Positions 47,418 through 58,239 are shown, numbered from the stretch's first letter. The stretch is 64,000 nucleotides of DNA from Candidatus Bathyarchaeota archaeon (GCA_963772765.1 CAVYYP010000013.1:637243-701242); one strand, 5' to 3'. Program-made: numbers and translations. The notes: generated by a model from the letters alone, not told the origin.

Positions 47418-49514
47418 TTAATTGCAGCGGGAACAGCCGCCCGTAAACTCGGAATCAACAGTCACAGCATTCTCATTAACACGCTCATTCGCAGACACTG
47501 GACCAATAGTCAAAACCTGCTCACTCTTGCTACCATAACGGTACACTGTTATTCCCTTGCACTTCAAAGTGTAAGCAAGAAGATAAACGCGCCTAACATC
47601 CTCAACGGTAGCGTCAGAAGGAAGATTCACAGTCTTAGACACTGCGTTGCCAACATATTTCTGGAAAGCCGCCTGCATCCGCACATGCCACTCTGGGTCG
47701 ATGTCTAGTGCAGTAACAAAAACACGACGAACACCCCCCGGAACATTTTCCATGTCTTGAATTGAACCCCATTTTGCAACCTCAAGCATCAAATCCTTAC
47801 TGTAAAAGCCCTGCTCCTTTGCCACTTCTTCAAAAGTGGGTTGAACTTCAAGCAGTCGTGTGCCTTCCATCACATTTCGAACAAAAGCTACAGCAAAAAT
47901 CGGCTCAATACCACTAGAACAACCAGCAATAATGCTAATCGTTCCTGTCGGCGCAACAGTTGTTACAGTGGAGTTACGGATTGTCGTGAAGCCCTTCTTT
48001 TCCCATATGCTGCCCTTAAAGTTTGGAAAAGCACCCCGTCGCTTGCCAATTTCGACAGACATTTTTGTAGCCTCATCATCAATGAATTTCATGACCTTTT
48101 CTGCCAAACCCAAAGCTTCCTCTGAATCATACGGAACGCCCAACAGTATAAGCAGATCAGCAAAACCCATGACACCCAAACCAATCTTCCTGTTAGCCCG
48201 AGTCAACTCCCCAATCTCAGCAACAGGATACCTGTTAACATCAATCACATTATCCAAAAAATGAACCGCAACCCTAACAGTCTCTCTCAGTTTATTCCAA
48301 TCAATGTTTTTGTCAACAACCATCTTAGACAAGTTTATCGAGCCCAGATTGCATGACTCAAAAGGCAAAAGAGGCTGCTCTCCACACGGATTAGTGCTCC
48401 TTATATCATCCACTTGCGGCGTTGGGTTATGCCTGTTAATTTCATCAATAAACACCAGACCTGGGTCACCTGTTCTCCAAGCATTAGAGGCAATCAAATC
48501 AAAAACGTGACGAGCCCGCAACTTCATTTCCGCCTTCTTGGTTCTGGGATTTATCAGTTCATATTCTTCGTCATTTTGCGCGGCTTCCATGAACTTGTCG
48601 GTGACTGCTACTGAGATGTTAAAGTTGGTTAAGATGCCTTCTCGCGATTTTGCTTCGATAAATCTTAGAATGTCTGGGTGGGTTACGTCTAGGATTGCCA
48701 TGTTGGCGCCTCTTCGTCGTCCTCCCTGCTTTATCACATTGGTTGCGGCATCATAGATTGTCATAAAAGATACAGGCCCAGACGCGACGCCCTTTGTTGA
48801 GCCCACTATGTCTCCTGCAGGTCTTAACTTGGAGAAAGAGAAGCCTGTTCCGCCTCCTGACTGATGAATAATTGCCATGTACTTCAGAGTAGTGAATATG
48901 CCGTCTATCGAATCTTCAACTGGCAAAACAAAACAGGCAGAAAGCTGCCCCAACCTTGTGCCCGCATTCATCAAAGTAGGAGAATTAGGCAAAAACTCCC
49001 TGTCAGCCATAACACGATAAAATAGCTCCTCAGTCTGGGACACGTCCACATTCTTGCCATAAACAAGGTCAGCTTTGGCCACGGCTTTGGCGACTCTGCG
49101 AAACATCTGACTCGGAGTTTCTATAACGTTGCCTTCTTCATTTTTCATGAGATACCTGTTTTTCAGCACTTTGATGGCGTTGACTCCAAGCTTCAGGTCA
49201 TCAACTACACCAAAAAGCTTTTTCAGCTCCCGAATTTCAGCGTGCTTCTGACGATACAAAATGTAACCTTTAGCCACATCAGAGTAGCCATTCTTGATAA
49301 GAATCTCCTCAACAATATCCTGAATATTCTCCACACCAGGAATCGTACCCTCAAAACGCTCATTCAAAGCACGCACAACTTCAGCTGAAAGCCTCTTCGC
49401 TAAACCTTCATCTCCCTTTTTGGCAGCCTTTAACGCCTTGAAAATTGCTGTCGTAATCTTGCTTTCATCAAAAGTTACCGTGCGTTCATCTCTTTTAGTG
49501 ACCTTAGAAACCAA
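47418..49514 (-). CDS. nrdJ: ribonucleotide reductase, probably class II (B12-dependent), with an N-terminal ATP-cone
   Basis: ATP-cone VTKRDERTVTFDESKITTAIFKA, active site NPCGEQPL...ESCNLGSINL, and a C-terminal Cys pair GGCSRCN. No small-subunit gene is nearby. The start is TTG. Confidence 0.8.
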   Translation of the reverse strand: MVSKVTKRDERTVTFDESKITTAIFKALKAAKKGDEGLAKRLSAEVVRALNERFEGTIPGVENIQDIVEEILIKNGYSDVAKGYILYRQKHAEIRELKKLFGVVDDLKLGVNAIKVLKNRYLMKNEEGNVIETPSQMFRRVAKAVAKADLVYGKNVDVSQTEELFYRVMADREFLPNSPTLMNAGTRLGQLSACFVLPVEDSIDGIFTTLKYMAIIHQSGGGTGFSFSKLRPAGDIVGSTKGVASGPVSFMTIYDAATNVIKQGGRRRGANMAILDVTHPDILRFIEAKSREGILTNFNISVAVTDKFMEAAQNDEEYELINPRTKKAEMKLRARHVFDLIASNAWRTGDPGLVFIDEINRHNPTPQVDDIRSTNPCGEQPLLPFESCNLGSINLSKMVVDKNIDWNKLRETVRVAVHFLDNVIDVNRYPVAEIGELTRANRKIGLGVMGFADLLILLGVPYDSEEALGLAEKVMKFIDDEATKMSVEIGKRRGAFPNFKGSIWEKKGFTTIRNSTVTTVAPTGTISIIAGCSSGIEPIFAVAFVRNVMEGTRLLEVQPTFEEVAKEQGFYSKDLMLEVAKWGSIQDMENVPGGVRRVFVTALDIDPEWHVRMQAAFQKYVGNAVSKTVNLPSDATVEDVRRVYLLAYTLKCKGITVYRYGSKSEQVLTIGPVSANERVNENAVTVDSEFTGGCSRCN

Positions 49515-49650
49515 CTCTTGCTCCCCAACATTACTGGGGTTGAGCTTTTACTTTAACTTAATGAAAAACAGCACACAAACTAACAGCTAGACGGACTGAA
49601 AAACAAAAAAGATGAAAAAAGGGGATAAAAAGCCCTTTTTTGGTTCTGGT

Positions 49651-51039
49651 TTAAATGTTGCAGAGTTCGTTGTTGAGCCACGGGTAGAGATCTCGTAGCT
49701 TCTTCATTGCTTCGTCGACTTTTTCTTTTGGATACTCGTATGGGAGTATCTTGCCGTTGTTGTAGTCGTCGTAGGCTTGCATGTCAAAGTGGCCGTGACC
49801 GCACAAAAGGAACAGTATTGTCTTTTCCTCGCCTGTCTCTTTGCATTTCATTGCTTCATCAATTGCAGCCTTGATTGCATGTGAGGGTTCAGGAGCTGGA
49901 ATTATTCCTTCAGTTTGTGCGAACAGTTTTGCTGCTTCAAATGCGTCAAGCTGGTTGTATGCTCTAGACTGAATCACACCTTCCTCTTTTAGCAGGCTGA
50001 CAGTTGGAGCCATTCCGTGATAACGTAGTCCGCCAGCGTGGATTGGCGCAGGTATGAAAGTGTGACCGACTGTGTGCATTTTGACCAAAGGTATGATTTT
50101 TGCTGTGTCTCCATGGTCATATGTGTAGTAGCCTTTGGTGACCTTAGGACATGCCGAAGACTCAACTGCAATAAATTCTGTTTCCTTTGGAGCCTTTTTC
50201 ATTACTTTGTCATGGTAGTATGGCCAGAAAAGTCCAGAGAAGCTGCTTCCTCCGCCTATGCAGCCGATGATTTGGTCAGGATACTCTTCTGCTATTGCCA
50301 TCTGCTTCTGGGTTTCAAGACCAATAACAGTCTGATGCAACAGAACGTGGTTAACGACGCTGCCGATTGTGTATTTCACGTTCTCGATGGTGAGTGCTTC
50401 TTCAACAGCTTCGCTGATAGCAATTCCAAGACTGCCCGTGCTTTCGGGGTCAGCCTCTAGAACTGCTCTGCCACTTTTTGTTCTGTTAGTTGGGCTTGGG
50501 AAGACTTCTGCGCCCCATGTTTCCATCATTACTTTTCGGTATGGTTTTTGATGGTAGCTTGCGCTTACCATATAAACTGTAGCGTCAATTCCAAACAGTT
50601 GTGCGCTGTATGATAGAGCGGAGCCCCATTGTCCTGCACCTGTTTCGGTTGTTACTCGTTCCAGTCCTTCTTTTGCGGCGTAGTATGCTTGGGCTACTGC
50701 AGTGTTTGTTTTGTGGCTGCCTGAGGGACTTACTCCCTCGTATTTGTAGTAGATTTTGGCAGGGGTCTTTAGTGCTTTTTCGAGACCTGTTGCCCTGTAG
50801 AGTGGGCTTGGTCTCCAGACTCTGTATGCTTCTCGGACTGGTTCAGGTATGTCTATCCACCGTTCCATGCTGTATTCCTGTTTGAGGCATTCAAGCGGAA
50901 ACAGGGGTGGTGGAAGTTTTACGGGTTCTTTTGTTCCTGGATGAATCATTGGTGGCAATTCTTTGGGGAGATCGGGTAGAATGTTGTACCACTGTTTTGG
51001 AATTTCTTCCTCGTCTAACAAGATCTTTTTAGATGCCAT
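49651..51039 (-). CDS. trpB: TrpB2-type tryptophan synthase beta-like PLP enzyme
   Basis: 462 aa. The N-terminus [13 protein letters not shown]... and the stretches [15 protein letters not shown] and GGGS are typical of TrpB2. Confidence 0.85.
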   Translation of the reverse strand: MASKKILLDEEEIPKQWYNILPDLPKELPPMIHPGTKEPVKLPPPLFPLECLKQEYSMERWIDIPEPVREAYRVWRPSPLYRATGLEKALKTPAKIYYKYEGVSPSGSHKTNTAVAQAYYAAKEGLERVTTETGAGQWGSALSYSAQLFGIDATVYMVSASYHQKPYRKVMMETWGAEVFPSPTNRTKSGRAVLEADPESTGSLGIAISEAVEEALTIENVKYTIGSVVNHVLLHQTVIGLETQKQMAIAEEYPDQIIGCIGGGSSFSGLFWPYYHDKVMKKAPKETEFIAVESSACPKVTKGYYTYDHGDTAKIIPLVKMHTVGHTFIPAPIHAGGLRYHGMAPTVSLLKEEGVIQSRAYNQLDAFEAAKLFAQTEGIIPAPEPSHAIKAAIDEAMKCKETGEEKTILFLLCGHGHFDMQAYDDYNNGKILPYEYPKEKVDEAMKKLRDLYPWLNNELCNI

Positions 51040-51125
51040 GAATAATCACTTTCTTTTTTGTATTTGAGAATTAACTTTTTTTACCCTGAAGCATTTATAT
51101 AAGCTTTGCCGAACAACAGTGTACC

Positions 51126-51644
51126 TTGAGGCAGGCACGCATGTGGAGTCAAATTAAGCAATTTTTCAAGGATTTTCCTGCACAAGAACGTGTTGCACAG
51201 CTAATGTTCGAAAGAGGATTCCAAGTCAGCGACGAAGGCAAAGTTGTAAGCGGCAAAATAGAGATACCCCACACCCAAATCGGAAACGAAGTAGGTGTCG
51301 AGCGCCGAGCCGTCGACAGCACAGTTCAGACAATACTCTCAAAAGACGAACTAAAACGAATCTACAAAAACCTAAGACAGGTCTGCTCGCTTCAAGAAGT
51401 AGCCCGCGAATTTAACCTGAGCGTGATTGTTTTTGTTCCTGAAAACGCTGCCCAAACAGGCATCATAGCCGACGTCACAAGAATAGTTTCAGAAAATGGA
51501 CTCAGCATAAGGCAGGCTCTTGCAGAAGACCCCAGCATAAGTGCACACCCAAAATTGACGCTCATCCTCGAAGGCGACATTCCCTCAGAGCTTATCAGCA
51601 AAATAAGAAAACTGCCAGGAACAAGAAGCATCACAGTATACTAA
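51126..51644 (+). CDS. ACT-domain putative regulator of amino-acid metabolism
   Basis: 172 aa. An N-terminal wHTH-like region is followed by a C-terminal ACT-like region (SVIVFVPENAAQTGIIADVTRIVSENGLSIRQ). Confidence 0.55.
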   Translation: MRQARMWSQIKQFFKDFPAQERVAQLMFERGFQVSDEGKVVSGKIEIPHTQIGNEVGVERRAVDSTVQTILSKDELKRIYKNLRQVCSLQEVAREFNLSVIVFVPENAAQTGIIADVTRIVSENGLSIRQALAEDPSISAHPKLTLILEGDIPSELISKIRKLPGTRSITVY

Positions 51645-52189
51645 AACGAATCCTTTTTTGAGAATATTTGCAGGGCAGAGTACATTATCCACAATAACAC
51701 AAATTTTGAAACCGTTTCTGGAACCGCAATACCAATTCCGAAAATGTTTAGGGCATAGAGTAGCCAACAAAACATTACAGCAAGAAACGTTCCTGCAGCA
51801 AGAACTGACCGCTTCTCTACACTGTAAACGATAGAGGTAGCGCTCAGCATCAGAAAGTGTGGTACTGCCACGGCATAGTGAAGTGAACCGTATGTTTCGT
51901 TGAATACGGCTATTAGTTGGACAAAAAAGGTTGAGACAAGCAAAAAGTAGTTGCTGTATTTGGCGTATTTTTTGAAAACAGTCATCGAATATATCATCAA
52001 AAGAAAGCCAGCGATCAGCAGCCCAAAATTGAAGATTGGAGCAGCACTGCTGTTAACTGAGTGTCCAAGGTCGCTTAGGGCGTTGGTTTGCCAGCTGAAC
52101 CATGGTGAAACTGTGAGGCTAATTGCAATGGTTATGTAGACTAGTAATGGTCCAAAGATTCCAAATAGTGCGTAGACTCGTTGGTTCAT
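51641..52189 (-). CDS. DUF998-like membrane protein
   Basis: The start is reassigned to the Met at 52189 (MNQRVYALFGIFGPLLVYITIAISL..SDLG). The upstream part of the 369-aa ORF is an R/K-rich shadow overlapping gene 52222-52629. Confidence 0.6.
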   Translation of the reverse strand: MNQRVYALFGIFGPLLVYITIAISLTVSPWFSWQTNALSDLGHSVNSSAAPIFNFGLLIAGFLLMIYSMTVFKKYAKYSNYFLLVSTFFVQLIAVFNETYGSLHYAVAVPHFLMLSATSIVYSVEKRSVLAAGTFLAVMFCWLLYALNIFGIGIAVPETVSKFVLLWIMYSALQIFSKKDSF

Positions 52190-52221
52190 TTCCTTGATGC
52201 TCCAGGTTCTAGATAGGGTTG

Positions 52222-52629
52222 TTAGGTGTAGCTTCGGAATTTTACTTCTTCTGCTGTGCCTTCGGTGACTATTTTTTGTTCCAGTTCTGTGAGTGTGCAT
52301 TTGCATCTTGATATGTCTGCGATGACTACCCATTCTGCTGATTTTCCTCTGCGTAGTGTTCTGGATTCGCTTGATAGCAGGTCTACTCCTTGGTCTGCGA
52401 GGATGCTTGCTGATTTTGCGAGTGCGCCTGGGCTGTCTGAGAATGTGATGCTTAGCTCTACGAGTTTTGCTTCTGGGTCTGCGAAAGGTGCGATTCTGAT
52501 TTCTTTTTTGTCTAGGTCTGCTATTAGCATGACGTACATTCCTTCTGCGAGTTTTACGGCGTCTCGTATGGAGGATGGCATTGTGATTCTTCCTCTTGAG
52601 TCTACTCTGACTATTTCTGTCATTCGCAT
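52222..52629 (-). CDS. AbrB/SpoVT-type DNA-binding domain fused to an ACT domain
   Basis: VRVDSRGRITMPSSIRDAVKL is a SpoVT/AbrB swapped-hairpin pattern. The C-terminal stretch LSITFSDSPGALAKSASILADQGVDLL is ACT-like. Confidence 0.65.
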   Translation of the reverse strand: MRMTEIVRVDSRGRITMPSSIRDAVKLAEGMYVMLIADLDKKEIRIAPFADPEAKLVELSITFSDSPGALAKSASILADQGVDLLSSESRTLRRGKSAEWVVIADISRCKCTLTELEQKIVTEGTAEEVKFRSYT

Positions 52630-52730
52630 TTTGTGGTCTCCTTGGTTTGTTTATTCTGTTCTGGAAACCTTTATATAAGATGTGTGGAATATGGGTTTCA
52701 ACCCACAAATTACCCACGGAGGATATAGTA

Positions 52731-54021
52731 ATGCAAAGGAGGAATAACATTCACACGACTACACACCCCAAAGGGAACAAGAGACCTACTACCAGATGAA
52801 GTCCCACAATACCGCTACATAGAAAACAAACTGGAAAAAAATTTTGAACTCTGGGGATACAAAGAAGTCCGCTCCCCAACAATAGAATTCGTCGAAACAC
52901 TATCCACAGGTGTAGGATCAGAACTAGTCGACGCAATGTTCAAGTTCCAAGACTTTGACGGCAAACTACTGGCACTACGAGCAGAAGTAACAGCGCCCGT
53001 CGCAAGAATTGTAACAACCAGGATGCAGTCAGCGCCAGAACCAATCCGGTTATTCTACATAAACAACGTTTTCAGATACAGCCAATCATACCTCAAAACA
53101 GAACGAGAATTTTGCCAAGCAGGAGCCGAACTTGTAGGCTGCAACACATCAGAAGCAGACGGCGAAATACTTGCACTTCTAACATCAGCACTAAAACAAG
53201 TAGGACTGAATGATGCAAGAATCGATTTGGGTCACGCCAGCCTCCTAAAAGACCTGCTAAACGCCGCACAATTAGATAAACAGCAAAAGGCTGCCATTCA
53301 AGGCATATTGGCGTGCAGGGATTCTGTGGGATTGAAAAAATTCATGGAACAGAACAGTTTTTCATCTAACCTGCGGGACACGTTTCTTGAGCTTTCAGAA
53401 TGCAGAAGATTAAGTGAAGTTTCTTCTGTTTCATTAAATGGCGAAAAGTATGAGAAGGCAAACAAGCAGTTGGAGAGCCTAGCCGAACTGCAGGAAACAT
53501 TGAAGGACTACAAGATAGATGACATGGTCTTCTTTGATTTTTCCTTGACAAAAAAGATAGAATACTATACAGGAATTGTGTTTGAGGCATCAGTTCCAAA
53601 CCTTGGTCTTCCACTTGGCAGCGGAGGCAGATACGACAATTTCATCGAAAAATTTGGAAACCTAAAGATGCCCGCCACAGGCTTTGCCTTGGAAATCGGA
53701 AAACTAATACAGGCACTCACTGCTCAGGGTTTCGAAATCCCAAAGGATACACGACCAAGAGCTATCGTATCATCCAAGTTTAGAAAAGCTTCAATAGACG
53801 CAATAGAAGAACTTCGAGAAGCGGGTGTTGTTGCCTCTTTGGAGATAACAAAGAGAAGCAAAGAAAAAATTGTGGAATACGGAAAACTCACACAATCAGA
53901 CTACGTTGTCTCGGTTGATTCATCACTAGATGCTCCTGTAACTGTTTTTGACCTTAAGTCGGGCAAGTCAAGAAGCATAGCCTTTGAAACGTTTCTGAAA
54001 GAACTCGGAGCCAAGCAATAG
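52731..54021 (+). CDS. hisZ: ATP phosphoribosyltransferase regulatory subunit (HisS paralog), with an apparent 1-nt frameshift at the 5' end
   Basis: The conserved N-terminus PKGTRDLLPDEV..IENKLEKNFELWGYKEVRSPTIEF is encoded upstream of the ORF-track start (52936). The ATG at 52731 becomes in-frame if the C4 run at 52766-52769 is one base shorter. A degenerate HisRS motif 2 (FRYSQSYLKTEREFCQAG) and the adjacent short hisG support hisZ. Confidence 0.8.
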
Positions 54022-54654
54022 ATGAAAAAGAAAATTCGAATTGCAATACCGAACAAGGGAAGAATAAAACAGCCGACACTGGATGCGCTTGCGGGTGCAG
54101 GAATTACAGTGCTGGAAGAAGAAAGAACCTACGTTTCCAAGACCTCTGACCCCAGATTTGAGGCAATATTTGCCAGAGCAAACGACATACCCGTCTACGT
54201 GCACTACGGAGCCGTCGACCTAGGCATCACTGGACACGACCTTATTCTTGAAAGAGAAGCCGACGTCCTAGAATTAATGGACCTAGAATTCGGAAACGCA
54301 ACAGTCGTCGTTGCAGTGCCCGAAAAATCTCAAATAAAAACAGTAGCTGATGTTCCAGCATTAACCCGCGTCGCAACCGAATTCCCGACAATTACCAGAA
54401 AATATTTCGAAAGACTCGGAAAACAAGTGGAGGTTCTAGAAGTCAGCGGAACTGCAGAGCTTGCACCAAAACTTGGGTTGGCACAAATGATTGTTGACAT
54501 AACTTCGACAGGCGAGACTTTGCGGAAAAATAAGTTGCGAATAATTGGGGAACTCTTTGACTCAACATGCCGACTCGCATGTAACAAAATTGCATACAGA
54601 ACATACGAGAAAGAAATCAGCGAACTTCAATCCAAGCTTCAAGGAGGCAAATAA
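54022..54654 (+). CDS. hisG: ATP phosphoribosyltransferase, short form
   Basis: 210 aa. Contains IRIAIPNKGRI, DLGITGHD and VDITSTGETLRKN. Confidence 0.9.
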   Translation: MKKKIRIAIPNKGRIKQPTLDALAGAGITVLEEERTYVSKTSDPRFEAIFARANDIPVYVHYGAVDLGITGHDLILEREADVLELMDLEFGNATVVVAVPEKSQIKTVADVPALTRVATEFPTITRKYFERLGKQVEVLEVSGTAELAPKLGLAQMIVDITSTGETLRKNKLRIIGELFDSTCRLACNKIAYRTYEKEISELQSKLQGGK

Positions 54655-54655
54655 A

Positions 54656-55948
54656 ATGAGAGCTATATCGGGCAAGGAATTCAAAGCACAAAGTGAAATG
54701 TTTCTGGGCAGAAGCAAGACTGACATATCATCCATTGTTTCAACTGTAAAAGCAGTTATAGAGGATGTTAAAGAAAACGGCGACGAAGCACTGCTAAAGT
54801 ATACTGAAAAATTTGATAAGGTACGTTTGGCTCCAGAAGCATTGAAAGTTTCTAGAAATGAAATAGAGCAGGCGTACAAGAAGCTGGATGATAAACAGGT
54901 CAAGGCGCTACGTGATGCTGCAGATAATATTGCAGGTTTTCACAAGATGCAGCTTCGAGACAAGTGGACAATGCAAACAGCGGATGGTGTTACGTTGGGG
55001 CAAGTTATTCGTCCTTTGGCGTGTGTTGGTGTTTATGCTCCGGGCGGAAAGGCTGCTTATCCTTCTTCGGTGCTTATGTGTGCTGTTCCCGCAAAGGTTG
55101 CAGGCGTAGAAAAGGTGGTTGTTTGTTCACCTCCTGGAAAAGATGGGGATGTTAGTCCTGCGTTGCTTGTTGCTTCGGATATTGCGGGTGTAGATGAGGT
55201 TTACAGGGTTGGGGGTTCTCAGGCTATCGCGGCAATGTCGTACGGTACAGGTACGGTACAATCTGTGGATAAGATTGTAGGACCCGGAAACGTCTACGTA
55301 ACTGCCGCAAAACTGGAAGTAAACAGAGACGTAGCCATAGACATCCCAGCAGGACCAAGCGAAGTCCTAATCATAGCAGATGAAACAGCCAACCCAGCAT
55401 ACATAGCATCTGACCTTCTTGCACAAGCAGAACACGACCCACAAGCACGGGCAATCCTCGTAACTACATCCCAAAAGCTGGTACAGGAAGTCCAAGAACA
55501 GGTAGCCAAGCAAATGGAGACACTCTCAAGAATAGACATCATCAAATCGTCTCTAAAAACAGGCGGACTCATAATAACCGCAAAAGACATCGATGAGGCA
55601 ACTGAAATATCGAACATGATAGCTCCTGAGCACTTGCAAATCCAAACCAAAGCCCCAAACCAAGTCTTTAGCAAGATAAGAAATGCTGGCGCAGTCTTCC
55701 TAGGAAACTACTCTCCAGTATCGTTTGGCGACTATTCGTCTGGACTTAATCATGTTCTTCCTACAGCAGGCTACGCAAGAATATACTCTGGACTCTCGAG
55801 CCTAGACTTTGTCAAGACAATGAATTTTCTAGAATGCACCAAAAAGGGCTTTAGCAGCCTAAAAGAAACCGCAAAAACAATAGCCGAAATGGAAGGATTT
55901 GACGCCCACGCAAAAGAAGTGTCGATAAGGGAGGGCAAAAAAGAATGA
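54656..55948 (+). CDS. hisD: histidinol dehydrogenase
   Basis: Start taken at the ATG at 54656, preceded by AAGGAGG. Contains GGKAAYPSSVLM, QAEHDP, IAPEHL and LPT.G.AR. Confidence 0.92.
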   Translation: MRAISGKEFKAQSEMFLGRSKTDISSIVSTVKAVIEDVKENGDEALLKYTEKFDKVRLAPEALKVSRNEIEQAYKKLDDKQVKALRDAADNIAGFHKMQLRDKWTMQTADGVTLGQVIRPLACVGVYAPGGKAAYPSSVLMCAVPAKVAGVEKVVVCSPPGKDGDVSPALLVASDIAGVDEVYRVGGSQAIAAMSYGTGTVQSVDKIVGPGNVYVTAAKLEVNRDVAIDIPAGPSEVLIIADETANPAYIASDLLAQAEHDPQARAILVTTSQKLVQEVQEQVAKQMETLSRIDIIKSSLKTGGLIITAKDIDEATEISNMIAPEHLQIQTKAPNQVFSKIRNAGAVFLGNYSPVSFGDYSSGLNHVLPTAGYARIYSGLSSLDFVKTMNFLECTKKGFSSLKETAKTIAEMEGFDAHAKEVSIREGKKE

Positions 55949-57036
55949 AAATCAAAAATCTGGTCCAAAAAGAAGTTCGAGACCTTTCAAGCTACGAAGT
56001 GAAAACAATAGTTGAACAAAAGTCTGACAAGCAGCCAATCAAAATGAATCTCAACGAAAACTTTGCTATGCCCCGCGAAACAGTCCAAAAACTGTTGCTC
56101 GAGGCCAGCAAAAAAATTGATGTTCGTGCGTATCCTCCGCCCCGGGGAAGTCAGGCGATTAGTGCTATCTCTGAGTTTTCGGGTCTAAGCAGTTCTGAAG
56201 TGTCTGTAGCGAATGGTGCAGATGAAATCATGGACTTGCTCATGAAGGTGTTTGTTCGAAGGGGCACTAAGGTTATTGTTGCTGAGCCGTCATTTCCGAT
56301 GTATACTTTTTTTGCGGAACTATATGGAGGTGAAAAGGTCACTGTTATGCTAAAAAAGGACTTCAGCCTAGACGTGGATGCTATACTGAAGAAGGCGGAC
56401 AATAAAACGCGTCTGCTTTTTGTTTGTAGTCCAAATAATCCTACGGGCAATCAGTTTAGAGACTCACAGATTAAGCAGTTGTTAGATGAATTCAAGGGCA
56501 TCGTCGTTGTAGACGAAGCATACGTGGATTTTTCGGAAAAATCTGTCATAAGCTGGGTGCGCGATTATGACAATCTTGCTGTGTTGCGTAGTTTTTCGAA
56601 GTCTTTTGGTTTAGCTGGGCTTCGTATTGGCTATCTTGCTTCAAGCGAGCATGTGATAAAGTATGTTCAGCGTGTAGTGGGTCCGTTTAATGTTAATTCG
56701 GTTACTCAGCAGACTGTTGTTTTGGCTTTGCAGAACTGGAGCTACTTCAAGGAACAAATAGAAAAGGTGGTCACTGAAAGAAACTGGCTGATGAAGAATC
56801 TCAAACAAATTGACGGAATTAAGCCGTACCGTTCTGATGCTAACTTTATTCTCTTCAAAGTGGTCAAGGACAGGCTCAGCTCCGCTACTGTAACAGAAAG
56901 AATGGAACAACGAAATGTGTTGGTGAAGGATAGGGGTCATTTGCCGCTTCTGGACAACTGTATACGTGTAACTGTTGGAACCCGTGACATGAATGAGAGC
57001 TTTGTTTCAGCCCTGAAGCTGTCAATGGAGGAATAA
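55945..57036 (+). CDS. hisC: histidinol-phosphate aminotransferase
   Basis: 363 aa. Contains CSPNNPTGN, VVVDEAYVDF and the PLP-lysine context RSFSKSFGLAGLRIGY. Confidence 0.9.
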   Translation: MKIKNLVQKEVRDLSSYEVKTIVEQKSDKQPIKMNLNENFAMPRETVQKLLLEASKKIDVRAYPPPRGSQAISAISEFSGLSSSEVSVANGADEIMDLLMKVFVRRGTKVIVAEPSFPMYTFFAELYGGEKVTVMLKKDFSLDVDAILKKADNKTRLLFVCSPNNPTGNQFRDSQIKQLLDEFKGIVVVDEAYVDFSEKSVISWVRDYDNLAVLRSFSKSFGLAGLRIGYLASSEHVIKYVQRVVGPFNVNSVTQQTVVLALQNWSYFKEQIEKVVTERNWLMKNLKQIDGIKPYRSDANFILFKVVKDRLSSATVTERMEQRNVLVKDRGHLPLLDNCIRVTVGTRDMNESFVSALKLSMEE

Positions 57037-57042
57037 TTTGGC

Positions 57043-58239
57043 ATGTCGTATCGTTTGCTTGACAAGGAACGGCAAATATATGTAAAGGAAGGCTCTGAAA
57101 AACCGCTCAAGGCTGTGGAGAAGATAATCTTTGATTTTGACGGCGTGCTTGCTCAGACCAGCCAATCATACCGCCAGACCATAAGACAGGTCGTTGATTA
57201 CTACTTCCTAGAAATACTGGGACTAAAAGGACAAAAAGGACAGTTGGCGACGTTGCTTGATATTCAAAAGTTCAAGGACACAGGAAACTACAACAACGAC
57301 TGGAAACTATCCTACGCACTAATCAGTTACTACATGAACATCATAATAAGAAAACTTGAACAAAAAAATGGACTCCAAAAATTTAGGGAACAATTCTCGG
57401 ACATACAGTTCTCAGATATTCAGAATTTTGTTCAGAGCCTGAAAAAAGTTGGCAAGTTTCTTAGTAGCTACGGAATCGAAGGAGCATATCTGGTCAAATT
57501 GAAGGATAATAGCATCTTGGGTTTGGACCTGTTTTTGGCGCAGTCCAGTCTTGAGAAGCAGAAACCTATTGAGGCTTCTCTTCTAGGGGCTGATCCTGAG
57601 CTTGTTGAAGAGAAAGAGAATCTGGTTAAGAGTTTGGTTCCGTTTGACCTTGAAAAGCCTGACCTTTTGAAGCGTTTGTTTGAGGAAATCTATCTGGGAA
57701 AAGAGTTGTTCACTAAAATCTATGGTGTGCCATCGTTTTTTAGGTTTGATTCGAGTCTTATGGACCTAGAGGAGTTTATTCCGAGTAAGGATACTCTTGA
57801 GAAGCTTAGAAGTATGTTTGGCGTGTTTGGGATTTATTCGGGTAGACCAAGACCTCAGGGGTTTTATGTTCTGGAAAAATATGGTTATACAGGATATTTT
57901 GATGAATCGGAGTCTGTGTTTCTTGGTAATCTTCTCAAGTCTGAGGAGGAGATGCGGAGGTTGGGGAAGCCGAATCCTGCGCTTTTTGTTGAGTTGATAG
58001 AGAAGACTGTGGACAAAAAGGCGGGGATAGTCTATGTGGGTGATGGGATTGCTGATGCCGTGCTTGTTGAGAATGCAAAGGCTAAGGGATTTGAGAACTT
58101 GTTCTTTTTGGGTGTTGTTTCGTCGTCAGAGGATTCAAATAAGCTTTTTACTGAATACAGTAAGCATGGAGCTGACGCCGTGGTGTCAGACGTGAATGAT
58201 GTTCCATTCCTGTTCAAAAGCCTGAGAGGAAGTGTGTAG
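57043..58239 (+). CDS. HAD-superfamily hydrolase with a very large cap insertion; candidate histidinol-phosphatase by context
   Basis: Four HAD motifs are present: I FDFDGVL, II IYSGRP, III GKPNP and IV VGDGIADA. About 240 aa separate motifs I and II. The gene sits between hisC and hisB. Confidence 0.55.
   Translation: MSYRLLDKERQIYVKEGSEKPLKAVEKIIFDFDGVLAQTSQSYRQTIRQVVDYYFLEILGLKGQKGQLATLLDIQKFKDTGNYNNDWKLSYALISYYMNIIIRKLEQKNGLQKFREQFSDIQFSDIQNFVQSLKKVGKFLSSYGIEGAYLVKLKDNSILGLDLFLAQSSLEKQKPIEASLLGADPELVEEKENLVKSLVPFDLEKPDLLKRLFEEIYLGKELFTKIYGVPSFFRFDSSLMDLEEFIPSKDTLEKLRSMFGVFGIYSGRPRPQGFYVLEKYGYTGYFDESESVFLGNLLKSEEEMRRLGKPNPALFVELIEKTVDKKAGIVYVGDGIADAVLVENAKAKGFENLFFLGVVSSSEDSNKLFTEYSKHGADAVVSDVNDVPFLFKSLRGSV

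Noticed and set aside
52190-52750. Arg/Lys-rich N-terminal half of the 369-aa ORF 51641-52750
   Set aside because: It is low-complexity (RRRKTRRRNVRH...) and overlaps, in another frame of the same strand, the well-supported AbrB-ACT gene at 52222-52629. The DUF998-like protein starts at the internal Met at 52189.
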